Below the pieces are notes generated by a model. The model worked only from the letters and a program-made list of their open reading frames with translations, ran no database searches and was not told the origin of the DNA. Shown one piece after another: positions 50,131-62,500 of a stretch of DNA of 64,000 bases. The stretch's first letter is position 1. The number at the start of each line of letters is the position of its first letter. Made by a program: the position numbers and the translations under genes. This DNA is from Mesotaenium endlicherianum (lineage: Eukaryota). The stretch covers positions 1 to 64,000 of the forward strand of contig WELA01002990.1 of assembly GCA_009602735.1 (NCBI GenBank), written 5' to 3'.

Positions 50131-52847
50131 AGGAGGTCAAACTCGCTGTCAATGGCAGGGGGTGAGAGCATTCATATTGGAAAGACCTCTTAAAACATAG
50201 CTTGAAGCTGCCTCTGGCATCCAGCAACATCCAGGTCAGTGACAGCCCCACAAGCGCCGCCAACGCTCTTTCTCGTCAATGTGGGAGGTATACAGGCACT
50301 CGGCCTGACTGAGCTTTGAGAGTGGAGATAGAGGGGAGGGCAGGGGATTGTTTAAGAAGGAGAGCAGAAGGGTCCTGAATGTCTGTTTGCTGAAATATTC
50401 TGGTTTAGAACACTATCTTTGGGGGCAGGCTCCTAGCAGCTCGGGTCAGCAGCAGCTGCACCAGGAAAAGGGGGCGAAGCGAAAGCGGAAGGTGGGCAAT
50501 GCCAAACCCGCAGGTGCTGCCTCTCCGTCAGCAATGGCGGAAAACCAATTGCGGGTGAGTCATTCGAACATCCTGTACTCATAATTAGGAATTCACACCT
50601 CTTGAGTCTTCTTCCCACCTCCTCTCTCCTTAAGGCCATTTGCAGGCAAGCTATTTTGATGTCCTTCCAGAACAACTCTCTTGTTCCTGCCCTCAAGCAT
50701 GCATGAGTGTGCATCATTGCTGCCAATTCTATTGCTATGGCGTGACTATCATCATCTCCACATCCTCATGGGACTTTAGAGTGAGGTGGTGCGGGTCCAC
50801 ATGAGTGTGTTACGTATATATAACTGCCTTGGTGGAAGCATGGCTGCTTAGAGATGTAAATGTGTGCCACTTGTCAGATCAACGGCGTGCATATCCGCTG
50901 TACAAGAGCACAAATGAGCCTGTACATGCACATGCGTGTGTTGTGCAACAGACATCCCTGCCCCTGTCGCCAGGAGGGAGTGGGAGAGCAAGAGCAAGCA
51001 AGCAAGCAAAACGTGCCCCTGTCCCTCCGCGACAGGTGGGCTCTCGTTTCACCTCTCCCGCAGCCTGCTTCTATGCATCGCTACCCTTGCGCCTAGTGGC
51101 TGGTATATCCACACATGCGTGTTGTGTGTGATTTGTTGACCTAAGCTGGCGTCCAGGATGCGACGGCATGAATGGTGACACGCCCAGCTGCGCTGGGATG
51201 CGTGTCTGTGTGTGTGTGCAGTTGAAGGATCTACCTCCATTGAGGCCAAGACCACCGATAAATTCCACATTTCACCACCCCCACGCGTTTTTTGCTCCTC
51301 CTTTGCCTCAGGTGTGGAGCGTGCCATGGGACTCTTGCAAAAGTCGCTTTCTTTAGGCCCATTTTCCAACCAATCAGCTTTAAATGGTTGAATGCCAGAA
51401 GCAGTTAAGCAGCAGGGAGAATGAGTGTCTGGTGTTCTGTGTGTAAAACTGAGGAGATGCAGATCTATAGTAAGCCAAGGCTGTTCACTACTAAGGAAGA
51501 AGGATACAGAGTAGGGAGCGGATCAAGGACATGAGATGAGCCTGAGCTTCTGTAGGGATCTCTGCTGTTATGTCTGCACGCGTTTGTACCTTTTTGTGAA
51601 TGTGTGGGTGTTACATATGTCTGTGTGTGTGTGGGGCTGTTTGGATCTGTATGTGTGCCCGTGTGTGCAAGTCTGACCTGTGCGTGTGTTACATGTTTGT
51701 ATGTGTGTGTGGTGGGCTGTGTGGTGTCTAGCTGCTGGTTGAATCTAGATTGTGCACTACTGCGGTCACACGTGCCACGCTTGGGCGCAGCCTCAGCTTC
51801 AACGCTTGCCATAGGTCTGGCAAAAACTCTTCATACTTCCATCTGTACACGTGTGTGACTGCATATGCAGGGAGCATCGTCTCCGGTGTGGGCAGGGCCC
51901 GTCCCGCAAGCGAAAAATGACTCCATACCACAGCTGGCATTCCTGCAGCATGCAGCTGGCCCTTCATCACTGATGGCCTCCCAGGCACCACTACTGCAGG
52001 CCCCAGCAGTAGCACCACTGGTGCAGGCCGCAGCAGCAACGGCAGCACCACTGGTGCAGGCCAGTGCATCAACAAGGGCAGGAGCAAGGGCTGGAGGGAG
52101 CGGAGGAGTGAGCCCGCGAAAGCGGGGCAGGCCGCCCACTGTTCGGGTACCCTCTTATACTCTCATCCGTGAGCCTCCTGCATTATCAGCTTCAGTGCAG
52201 TCTTCATCCGTTGTCTGAAACAAGTGTGCAATTCAGATGTAGAATCTACTTACATTGGTCTTAGATGGTGAACAGCGTACACTTTTTACAGATGCTAGGC
52301 TGTGCGTGTGTTCATGCAGGCGATGCGGCCACCCCCCATGCGTATGCTCTTGCCCAAGAATGCCCCTTTTAACCCCGCCCCGTCGGTTCTACTCCCCCCG
52401 GCTCCAGTCCAGGGGGTGTCTCTGGGCTTGCCTTGCTTCACAAACTATGTGATTGATGTGCAGCCCTTGCAAGCCCATTACATGTGTCGCTAAATTATGG
52501 GCGCTGTGATGACAGTTAAGAATGGAAGAAATGCATGGGGTTTTTGCGTCCGTTGTGATGGACACGTGTGTTTTGGGTGCTAGATCCACGTGGTTGTAAA
52601 TTATGCACGGCGTAAGCGGTCATTATTGTAATCAGTTGAACTCATGGTCGGAGATGATCCCGGCCATATTCGGACTTCATTCATGAATACTAGTTAATGG
52701 TGAGTAAATTAGGAACCTCTCAATGTTAGGATGTTCTCGATGTCTTCTTAGTTGCTAAGGCAGAAGCTGATTTCCCATTCTGGTGGGAAGTGTACATTAG
52801 AGATTTAATTATGTTTAGCATTTGCAGTGAGGACTAGGTAGTTTAGC

Positions 52848-53350
52848 TGTAGTGAAACAGATAGATAAAGTACTTAGTAAAACAGAATACTTTATCTATT
52901 CAAGACAAGGATCTTTGAACACAAGTGGTAGCTTCTTGAAAGAGAGATGGCTTCTTGAAAGTTAATATATTTCTGGATTTTGGCAAGTACAAGAGTGATT
53001 CTCCAATGTCTTTCTATGTTCTAGCTCTTGTTTATATACTTGCTACATAAGTAATTTCTAGGAAGGTGTATGTTGATGTGTTGGCACCCAACACATCCCA
53101 AAACTTGCCACCTCTTTCTAGAATAATGTACACATGTCCTTTTGACCTAAAAATGGCACATTTGACTTTTGCCACATGGAGTTCTTCTAGGTCTTTCCTC
53201 TAACTTCGAAAATGCCTTGGAAGGTTCAAAGGACATGAACCAAGTTACTAGAGTACCTATTCACACTTGACTCCACACAATACTACTCCAAATATATTTG
53301 AAAACATTAAAATATATGCAAACTAATATATAATAACTCAAATCACTACA
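52848..53350 (-). repeat. 3' LTR of chromovirus copy 2
   Basis: 503 bp, adjacent to the PPT complement TCACCCCCCC. Confidence 0.98.
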
Positions 53351-54119
53351 TCACCCCCCCGATAGAAAAAGCGACGTCTCGGCGCGTCAAGTCAGGTCTT
53401 ACACATGTGGAGCAAACTAGTCAACAGTTTCAAGTCAGATGCCACACATGTGAAGAGGACTAGTCAAAGGCGCCAAGTCAGGTGCTACACATGTAAGGTA
53501 GACTAGGCAAGGTCGTAGGTGGTGTGACCTTATTGGCTAGCCTACTCCTTAATGATAAAGAAAATTGTACAAGTTGGCCCAGAATCTGCCACGAACTCAA
53601 AAATTCATAGCGGCCACAGAACTGCTCCAAATCTGAAAATTCGAGTGCCAGACGGACCGCGTCGGAGAACTCTACCGGGTCACCAAATTTGAGAGCATTC
53701 TCATTTCTGGAGTGTCGTTGAGAGCTGAGAGAGTAGGCACTCCTCCAAATCTGTGCAGAAACTTCTGAAAATCATAAGTCCTTCTATACTTCTCCAAATT
53801 CTGCAAACTAAGTCTCAAACTGGGCGCTGTAAGATGTTCTACCAGAGTCTTGAGTTTCAGAGCATTCCAAGTTCAGGGGAGGGCACAATGTCAGAAGGCA
53901 TATTCTGCCCTAACAATGCCAGCAGCCTGACCCCCTTCTACTTAGAGCATCATATCTCTCTCACCAGTGCTCCAAATTGAGCAAACTTGGACTCTAAATG
54001 ACCGGCTACTCATGGACTACAGCCAGGTAAATTTTCAGAATTTATTATGCAGAGACCTATTACCAGTAGCAGTTTTAGTTTTCTGTCCAGAAACTGCGAG
54101 AAGAGAAGAGTGTCTAATG

Positions 54120-57100
54120 TCAATTTTTCCTCTTTCTTGTTCTTGCAGGCTGCCTCCAAGGGGTCTTCTGCTGCTTCTTGATGGTGGCAGGCTGCCTCCC
54201 TGAAGTCTTCGGGCTTCTAGTAGAGAGACTTGGGGCTGGTCCAAGATGGGGGTTGGCGGCATGGAAGCGCTTCAACTTTCTCTGAACTTTGTCAAGGTAG
54301 TGCGCCGCCACCCAACTATTCTCCGAATCTGGATATCCTTTCCACTTGATCAAGTATTGCTGCTGTCTCCTGAAATTTCTCATAGCCACTATGTCTTCCA
54401 CTTCGTACTCCAAATGATCATCCACTATTGTTGGGGCTGGTGGGGTTGTCACACGTCCTGGGAACTTGTTGTCGGGTTGCACATATGGCTTGAAGAGGGA
54501 AGCGTGGAATACGGGGTCGATGTGCATAGTCTGGGGAAGTTCTAGCTTGAAAGCAACGGGGTTGACTTGCTGGATAATCTTGAAGGGTCCCAAATACTTG
54601 GGAGAGAACTTGCTGCCGGCAGGCCTGTTGTTCAGGGAAATGTTCTTGGATGATAGTAACACGTTGTCACCCACTCTGTACGTAATTTCTCTTCTGGATC
54701 TGTTCGCCACTCTTGCTTGAGCATCTTGCGCGTGTTGTAGAGCTTTCTTCGCTGCTGTAAGGGCTGCTTCTAATGTCTCCATAAAATCTGTGGCTGCAGG
54801 TACTTCATCATGGCCAGCCGTGAAGCTCAGTGGCGTGGTCGGATGGAAGCCATAGTTGAGGAAGAATGGGGACTCTTGGGTAGAGGCCTGCGTAGTGTTG
54901 TTGTAGGCAAACTCGAGGGGGGTCAAGTACATGTCCCAGTCTTGCTCGAGGGTAGACACGTAGGCCTTTAGAGAGGTCTTTAGGGTACGATTCATACGCT
55001 CGGTTTGCCCATCTGATTGTGGGTGGTAGGCAGTAGACATATCCAGCGATGTACCCAAGTTCTTGAAGAGATTTTTCCAGAAATGGCTTGTGAATCTTGG
55101 ATCTCTATCTGACACAATTCTTGATGGTAGTCCATGGAGTCGGAAGATGTTGTCAAAGATGAGTCTTGCAAGTTGTGGTGCTGTAGCCTTAGTCGTCGTG
55201 GGAATAAAATGAGCCATCTTGGTAAGTCTGTCCACCACCGTGAGTATTGCATTATGGCCTCGAGGTGTCACGGGCAAGTCCACGATAAGGTCCATTGAGA
55301 TGTCCGTCCATTGTCTTTCGGGGATTGGTAGTGGTTGGAGGAGTCCTCCCGCCTTTTGCGATGATGGCTTGATTCTTTGGCATGTGTCACAGCTCCTGCA
55401 GTACTCCTTGACTTGCTTAGACATGCCTGGCCAACAATAAGTCCTAGCTAGAACGCCCGTGGTCCTTAGGATTCCAAAGTGTCCTCCAAGAGGGTTGTCG
55501 TGTGCTTCTCGTAGAAGCAAGAGCCGGAGGTCTAAGTCATTAGGAACACATCTCTGGCCCGTATCTTGCCTCACCCAATAATTGCCTTCTTGCTTCTTGC
55601 ATGGGTCCAAGGCTGCTTCTCCGTTCTTGTAGTAAGGGTCTCTTTCATAGGCGGCTGAAAATCGAGCTTCCAGATCTGTCTTCAGGGATACCATCACTGC
55701 ATTTAATTGCAGTCTTGAGAGGGGGTCAGCCGGGTTTGTCTTGCCGGGCTGGTACTGAATCGTGATGTTGTATTGTTGCAAGTATCCGCTCCATCTTGCT
55801 TGTCTCCTTGAGAGATACGGCTGCGTTTGGAGGTGCTTTAACGCCTCGTGGTCCGTGGTGACCAGTACTTTGCGTCCTTCAACGTAGCAGCGCCAAACCT
55901 TCAAGGCATGTACAATCGCCAATGCCTCTCGCTCCGTGGTTGTATAATTTTGCTCGGCTGGATTTAGCTTCCTTGACTCGTAGGCGATGGGCTGCAGTCC
56001 CTTGCCTTGGTCTTGAAGCAGGATTGCTCCTATTGCATAGGAAGATGCATCGGTGATGACGTGGAAGGGCCAATCTGGGTTTGGACTTGGGAGTGTGAGC
56101 ACCGGGGATGTGGTCAATCTTCGCTTTAACTCTTGAAATGCCTCTTCCTCTTTCTCGGTCCATGTATATAGCCTGTCCTTCTTGAGTAGATCTGTCAGGG
56201 GGGCTGCTATGTGCGAGAAGCCTTGGATGAATTTTCTGTACCAATTGGCAAATCCCAAGAATGACTGGAGTTCTTTCTTGGTCGTGGGGGTTGGCCATTC
56301 CTCCACCACCGTGGTCTTCTTGGGGTCTATCTTGATGCCATCAGCAGTCACGTGGAGACCTAGGAACTCCACTTCTTGTTTGGCAAACTCGCATTTTGAC
56401 TCCTTCGCAAACAGCTTGTTTTGCTTCAATACTTCAAGGACTTCTTTCAAGTGTCTCGCATGCTCTTCAAGGGTCTTGCTGTAGATAAGGATGTCATCGA
56501 TGAATACCACCACAAATCTGTCCAACATGGGCTGAAATATGGTGTTCATCATAGTCATGAAAGTTGCTGGCGCGTTGGTGAGTCCAAATGGCAGGACCAT
56601 GAACTCAAAATGTCCATATCTTGTCCTGAATGCCGTCTTCTCTATGTCCGGTTCTGCGATGCGAATCTGGTGGTAGCCGCTCCGTAAGTCAATCTTCGTG
56701 AAGTACTTGGCTCCAACCAGCCGGTCCATGAGCTCATCCATGCGCGGCAGCGGGTATCGATTCTTGATGGTGATCTTGTTGAGGGCGCGATAGTCCACAC
56801 ACATCCTCAAGGTACCATCTTTCTTCTTGACAAATAGCACCGGGGCTCCAAATGGCGACTTGCTAGGTCGAATGAAGCCATGCTCCAGTAGCTCCTTGAT
56901 TTGCTTCTTGACTTCGTCTAGCTCCGTGTATGACATTTTGAACGTAGGCCGAGAGATGGGCTTGCTTCCGGGCTCCAACTCTATCTTGTGGTCTACGAAT
57001 CTTTTGGGGGGTAGGCCCTTGGGCAATTCCGGGGAGAACACTTCTTTGTAGTCCTCTAAGACTTCTTGTATCTCCTTGGGAACGGGGCTGCCTTCTTGAC

Positions 57101-57785
57101 TCTCGATGTCTTTCTTGATGTCTTTTGGCGTGATCAAGGCCAAAAGAAGCTCGTGTCCCTTCCTCACAAGTCTCTTGAGTTGGAGGGCGGACAATAGTAT
57201 CTCGTGTGCCGGCTTCTGGATGTCTTGGGTCTGGATATTCTGGATTGCGCGCAAAATACAGATTCTTGAAGTGATGTCATTCTTGATCTTGATAGTACCG
57301 GTCCTCCAATCAACTTGGGGGTTGTGCTTGGTCAACCAAGGCGTCCCTAGGATGACGTCGTACTTGCCCAATTGCATGGGGGAGAACACTACTCTATCCT
57401 TGAAGGACTTGATAGAGAGTGCCAAGGGGTACGTCTTCTTGGAAGGGGTAGTATAGGAGAATCCATCGGGCATCATAATCTCCTCGTCGTGGTCAAGAGT
57501 TCGCATAGTAATACCGTGCTTGGTGGCAAAATCTGCAGCAATGAAGTTGCCTTGAGCTCCGCTATCCACCAAGATGTGGACCTTCTCTCCTCCAAGGTAA
57601 CCTCTCAAACTCATTGGGGCTGGAACGTCGTCTTCAACGGGGGTCTCCACCTCACTTGGCGTGTTGCCTTCTCGTGAAGTGGGTCTTGGGGTGGTAGGCT
57701 CCTGGCCTACCGGCGCTGTCCGTTTTTTGACAACTTTTTGGGGCATGAAAGTGCACGATGGCCCTTTTCCTTGCAATAAAAGCAT
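54120..57785 (-). CDS. pol: Pol polyprotein (PR-RT-RH-IN-chromodomain), copy 2
   Basis: 1221-aa ORF identical to copy 1 apart from EVFED/EVLED in the provided translations. Confidence 0.98.
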   Translation of the reverse strand: MLLLQGKGPSCTFMPQKVVKKRTAPVGQEPTTPRPTSREGNTPSEVETPVEDDVPAPMSLRGYLGGEKVHILVDSGAQGNFIAADFATKHGITMRTLDHDEEIMMPDGFSYTTPSKKTYPLALSIKSFKDRVVFSPMQLGKYDVILGTPWLTKHNPQVDWRTGTIKIKNDITSRICILRAIQNIQTQDIQKPAHEILLSALQLKRLVRKGHELLLALITPKDIKKDIESQEGSPVPKEIQEVLEDYKEVFSPELPKGLPPKRFVDHKIELEPGSKPISRPTFKMSYTELDEVKKQIKELLEHGFIRPSKSPFGAPVLFVKKKDGTLRMCVDYRALNKITIKNRYPLPRMDELMDRLVGAKYFTKIDLRSGYHQIRIAEPDIEKTAFRTRYGHFEFMVLPFGLTNAPATFMTMMNTIFQPMLDRFVVVFIDDILIYSKTLEEHARHLKEVLEVLKQNKLFAKESKCEFAKQEVEFLGLHVTADGIKIDPKKTTVVEEWPTPTTKKELQSFLGFANWYRKFIQGFSHIAAPLTDLLKKDRLYTWTEKEEEAFQELKRRLTTSPVLTLPSPNPDWPFHVITDASSYAIGAILLQDQGKGLQPIAYESRKLNPAEQNYTTTEREALAIVHALKVWRCYVEGRKVLVTTDHEALKHLQTQPYLSRRQARWSGYLQQYNITIQYQPGKTNPADPLSRLQLNAVMVSLKTDLEARFSAAYERDPYYKNGEAALDPCKKQEGNYWVRQDTGQRCVPNDLDLRLLLLREAHDNPLGGHFGILRTTGVLARTYCWPGMSKQVKEYCRSCDTCQRIKPSSQKAGGLLQPLPIPERQWTDISMDLIVDLPVTPRGHNAILTVVDRLTKMAHFIPTTTKATAPQLARLIFDNIFRLHGLPSRIVSDRDPRFTSHFWKNLFKNLGTSLDMSTAYHPQSDGQTERMNRTLKTSLKAYVSTLEQDWDMYLTPLEFAYNNTTQASTQESPFFLNYGFHPTTPLSFTAGHDEVPAATDFMETLEAALTAAKKALQHAQDAQARVANRSRREITYRVGDNVLLSSKNISLNNRPAGSKFSPKYLGPFKIIQQVNPVAFKLELPQTMHIDPVFHASLFKPYVQPDNKFPGRVTTPPAPTIVDDHLEYEVEDIVAMRNFRRQQQYLIKWKGYPDSENSWVAAHYLDKVQRKLKRFHAANPHLGPAPSLSTRSPKTSGRQPATIKKQQKTPWRQPARTRKRKN

Positions 57786-58987
57786 AGTCCAGCCGTCATG
57801 AGAGCTTCTTTTTCAGCCGGGGAGAGTCTTGCTTTCACTCCTTGCTGGTTTCTTGCATCATAAGTGTCATTGGAGGGTCTTCCACTCTTCCGGGCAGCCG
57901 CGGGGTCCCTTTTAATAACTCCGATTTCCATGGGTGTGGGTCCAGATTCGGATGTGGAAGGGGCTGCGTACACCCGCGTCGTCGGTACCCGTGAAGATGA
58001 AGGCACGGAGTGCTTGAAATCCAAGGTATCCACCTTTTGGGCCACTTCAATGATCTTTGAGAAGTCCGTCAAGTCGCGTAACTCCACTTCCTTTGCCACC
58101 TTGGGTTTGAGGCCAAAGATGTAGCGGTCAATCTTCTCCTCGAGAGACATGTTGGGGATCTCAAGAGTGAGGGCGTGAAATCTGGATGTATACTCTTGAA
58201 CGGACGTCGTTTGCTTGAGATGGTGGAGCTTTCCTCGGGCAATCTTCTCCGCATTGATGGGCATGAATTGCTTCTTGAGGGCCTCACGAAAATCTGCCCA
58301 TCTTGCATATGATGGTGGGGGCTCTTGGCCGAGCATGGGGTGCGCCATAGCTTGATATATAGCCGCTTGATAGTTACGCCACCATGATGTTGCTGCTCCT
58401 CTAAGTAAGGTAACGGCAAAGGGAACGTAGTCCTCCTCGGGTACTTCAAGGAATGCGAGGTACGTCTCCACTTGGTAGAGCCATAAATTCAGGTTGGCAC
58501 CTTTCCCGGGGTTGAAAGTGTCGGGTTTGCCGGGCTTGATGAGTTTCCTTGCTCTCGTTGGCTCTTGTGGAGGCGCTTGAGCCGGGGCTGGATTTTGAGC
58601 ATTGCTCGCAATAGGGGCAACCATGGCAGCCATAGCTTCTCTTGACGCTTGCACGGTTGCTTCATAGGTGGCCAAGCCCACTTGGTTGTGGACGGTCATT
58701 AGGAAGGCTGCCCACTCATTTGCGGGAACTCCTTGTGGTGGGGTCAACTTTGCTATAGCGGCTGCCACGGGATTTGACGGTGCTCCTCCTTGTGGTGCTT
58801 CTTGTTGTTGGAGATTTCCTTGAGTAGGCTCTCCCATCGACGCTGGAGGAGGGTGTGCTCCTCCTTGTGGTGCTTCTTGTTGTTGCAGATTTTCTTGAGT
58901 GGGCTCTCCCATCGGCGCTGGAGGAGGGTGTCTTGGAGAGGAAGGGCTTCCTTCGAAAGCTTGCTGTTGGTCTTGAGGATCGGCCAT
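57707..58987 (-). CDS. gag: Gag (426 aa), copy 2
   Basis: Protein identical to copy 1 Gag. Confidence 0.97.
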   Translation of the reverse strand: MADPQDQQQAFEGSPSSPRHPPPAPMGEPTQENLQQQEAPQGGAHPPPASMGEPTQGNLQQQEAPQGGAPSNPVAAAIAKLTPPQGVPANEWAAFLMTVHNQVGLATYEATVQASREAMAAMVAPIASNAQNPAPAQAPPQEPTRARKLIKPGKPDTFNPGKGANLNLWLYQVETYLAFLEVPEEDYVPFAVTLLRGAATSWWRNYQAAIYQAMAHPMLGQEPPPSYARWADFREALKKQFMPINAEKIARGKLHHLKQTTSVQEYTSRFHALTLEIPNMSLEEKIDRYIFGLKPKVAKEVELRDLTDFSKIIEVAQKVDTLDFKHSVPSSSRVPTTRVYAAPSTSESGPTPMEIGVIKRDPAAARKSGRPSNDTYDARNQQGVKARLSPAEKEALMTAGLCFYCKEKGHRALSCPKKLSKNGQRR

Positions 58988-59024
58988 CTTCTTGTGCTAC
59001 CAAAGTGCCTAGCTCCGATACCAC

Positions 59025-59527
59025 TGTAGTGAAACAGATAGATAAAGTACTTAGTAAAACAGAATACTTTATCTATTCAAGACAAGGATCTTTGAACACA
59101 AGTGGTAGCTTCTTGAAAGAGAGATGGCTTCTTGAAAGTTAATATATTTCTGGATTTTGGCAAGTACAAGAGTGATTCTGGAATGTCTTTCTATGTTCTA
59201 GCTCTTGTTTATATACTTGCTACATAAGTAATTTCTAGGAAGGTGTATGTTGATGTGTTGGCACCCAACACATCCCAAAACTTGCCACCTCTTTCTAGAA
59301 TAATGTACACATGTCCTTTTGACCTAAAAATGGCACATTTGACTTTTGCCACATGGAGTTCTTCTAGGTCTTTCCTCTAACTTCGAAAATGCCTTGGAAG
59401 GTTCAAAGGACATGAACCAAGTTACTAGAGTACCTATTCACACTTGACTCCACACCATACTACTTCAAATATATTTGAAAACATTAAAATATATGCAAAC
59501 TAATGTATAATAACTCAAATCACTACA
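59025..59527 (-). repeat. 5' LTR of chromovirus copy 2
   Basis: 503 bp, adjacent to the PBS and TSD. Differs from its 3' LTR at 5 positions that I could see. Confidence 0.98.
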
Positions 59528-62500
59528 TTAGCGGTGTTGTAGCAGGAGCTTTTCCAAATTTGGGCTATGCACTAAGTAGCTTCTAGATGCCTTGTGTCAA
59601 CATGATGCATGTGGCCTTGGCCTATTACCTTGCTTGATAGTATGTCGTCGATGCTGCCTTGTCAAATCATAACATACGTGTTCAAAGTTGCATAGCAATG
59701 AACAATGCATGCATGATACTGATAAGGAGGCAAATTGAGCTGGTCTTTCATTGATTTTTATTTGTACACTTGTATAAGTTTGAAGAGACTATGAGTTGTA
59801 GAACTGTGAAGGATAGTAGATACTGTCTTGAAAGTTGAGAACAAACTAGACTGCTTCATCAGAGAAATAAAATCTCCTCTGTACATAACTGGACAGTCTA
59901 TAGTTGTGAATGCTTATCAACGAGTTAGAATGCTTTCTTCCTATACATAACGCATCTACAATGTAGCAGGAATCCTGTCGTACAACGCTGGCATAGAGCA
60001 AGTCTAATGTTAAAAGATCTAAGTGCCTACAATATTCTTAAAGAAATGCTTGTCATGCAAAGCATGATATTATTGGAAGTTTGAAGTCCTGACCCAGCTG
60101 AAATTAGATCTTATGGCTGATATCGATTGAAGTGTATCAGCCAATCAGCCAATGCAAACATTGACGTCAAGGACAATGTGAGGTCCACAAGTCCAACTGC
60201 AACTAACCGGCAGTATTTAATACCACTTACTTTAGGCAGATCAAATCACCGTTACACACGAATGTGGCTAGAAAGATCATTTGCAGAAGTGGTGGGCTTG
60301 AGGTTACGGAAGAAAAATATGTCTACGCTTCTTAGCACCTGCTCTCCTTTCTCCCGCCCTGCCCACAGCCGCCCTCCCCTTGGGGACTTTTCCTATAGAG
60401 CTACTCTGCCGTATTGTACAGTGCACAGTGCACACACTCTCCTCATCTGCTTTGAACCCCCCTCCCTCCCATCCGACTCCCTCGTACCAGCTTGCGAGGT
60501 CTGCCTGCGGCTGAGAGGGTTGCTCGTGCTTGTGCTGGAAGTTGACCAGTGACTGATGGAAAGCGCTCGAGCATGCAGGAGTTTGCACCATCGCTGCCCA
60601 TGTTGCTGCTATTACGGCCAGACTGTCTTCAAATGTGCATCCTTCCATGCATCATGGGTGTGTGGCCATGCTTGTTTGGGTGAGTGAGCTTGTGTGCTAG
60701 TTAGATGTGATTGGGTCTCATTAGTGATTCTGCAACATGCATGTCAGCTGAAACCTTCATGCGGTTTCTGAGCCTGCAGGAAAAGCAAGGGACTTTCAAA
60801 TATGCTGTGTTAGTAGCTACTGGCTTGCCCATTCGGTGTGTGCTGCACTGCTGCACTAAATGGTATCATGAATGTACACAACTGCACCCCACCTTCTATA
60901 TTATGTCTTCTGACACGTGGTTCTTGCATGGTGAATTGCAAGTGGACTTGGTACTTTCTCAACACATGTCGAACAGGTGCAGGGCCAAAGATTGACAGTG
61001 TCCAACGTGCATGATATTTCAATTAATTAAGTTCATCATTTCCCCACATCACCATGCAAAATGCCCAGTGTGGATCCCGTGCAAAAGCCGTGCCATTTAC
61101 ATGCACTCAATGGTACAATTGAGTCACAATTGTGATGCATTTGTATTTTTGAACAAGAAGTGTTTAATTTCTTTCCTCAGTACATTTCTTGGATTAAGCT
61201 GCTGTCAAAATTCTTACTACTGGACAGCTCGCTCTGCTGCAGCTACAAAGAAAAGTTCGACAGCTCCTTCAAAAATTATGATGAATCCAATGCAATTAAA
61301 GAGTTTGAAAGCTGGGAGAATGCGCCTCACGGGCAAAAATGTGCACCCGTGCACACATGCGTATAGAAGAGCCTAATGCTCTGGGACGAGCCGGTTCTGG
61401 AACCTTGTGCACATCCTAGAGCGAACCTATTTGTTATAAACACGCGTGTGTGCGCTGCCCAACTGGCACACACAGGAGATGAGTAAACCGCACATTTAGT
61501 CCTGCGGCCGTTACCTGGACCCTGCCCCGTTTCTGTGAACTCAGTGCGAGGCTCACAAGCGATCCCATAAGGTACACAGATAGGAGAAAGGGCCCCACCG
61601 TGAGACAGTAATACTAAGCTTGTGGCAAAGGGGATCTTATTCGGCTTGTCTTATTCTTCGTCCACCAAGCGCCGCCGCAAAAGGAGTGCAAAGTAGGGTC
61701 AAGCGTCGGGCCTTGTCTCGTAGTCCTGATACACCAGAGCCGCCGCCGCCCGGGCGGCACCTGACGAGCGGTACTTCGTCTTCAGCGATGCCATCAGAGT
61801 CCCGTGCGACTCCTGCTCCCGATATAGTCCCATCCCCCCCCCCCCCGCCCGCCCCGCACACGCACACCCTCACACCAGATACATGTGTCAACAAGAGCCG
61901 CGTACGAGTGGATGAGGACGAGGCACACTGCTCTAGCTCTCTGCCGGCCCCCCACAGCCTAGCAGGCAGAGTGGTCATCATCAGCAGCGCATCACATGGG
62001 GAAGATGACTACCAAGGCAAGCTGTCTTAACCACGCCCCCGTCCCCACCCCCCAAGGTGGAAGCAAGGTGGAAGCCGCCAGCAAATTGCAGGCGACAAGA
62101 TGCGGGTGCATGCGGCCTTGCTGCTCTCAGGACTAGCACAGGAGGACTTTTTGCAGTTGCACAGCAGAGGAGAGAGGATGAAGAGAAACTCCCGCGTACC
62201 CTTCCTGCCTGTCGCTCCGAGTCCCAATAAGCATTCTCCCCCGGGAAAGGTCCTCCCAACAAAGCACACGCAAAGAAGGGCACATGCGTGGACGTGGCAG
62301 CTGTACTCTCGCTTGTCCCAGGAGTAGCGGTACCTGGGCAGGTACTCGGGCAGGCAGGCAGGCAGGCAGGCAGCAGGCAGGGACATATGGCGTGCAGACA
62401 GCTAGAGAATGTGCTCTTCGAGCTTTATTGGGTACCCCACTTACCTCCCCTCCCCCCCCCTCTACGCTTCCTACCTCCCTCTCCTCCCCTCTCTGCAAAG

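Larger units (their letters stand above)
52848..59527 (-). mobile_element. Full-length intact Ty3/Gypsy chromovirus LTR retrotransposon, copy 2 (6680 bp)
   Basis: Reverse complement of copy 1 with no net indel. Own 5-bp TSD TTAGC (52843-52847 / 59528-59532). PBS 59008-59023, PPT 53351-53360, slippery site 57722-57728. Confidence 0.99.
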
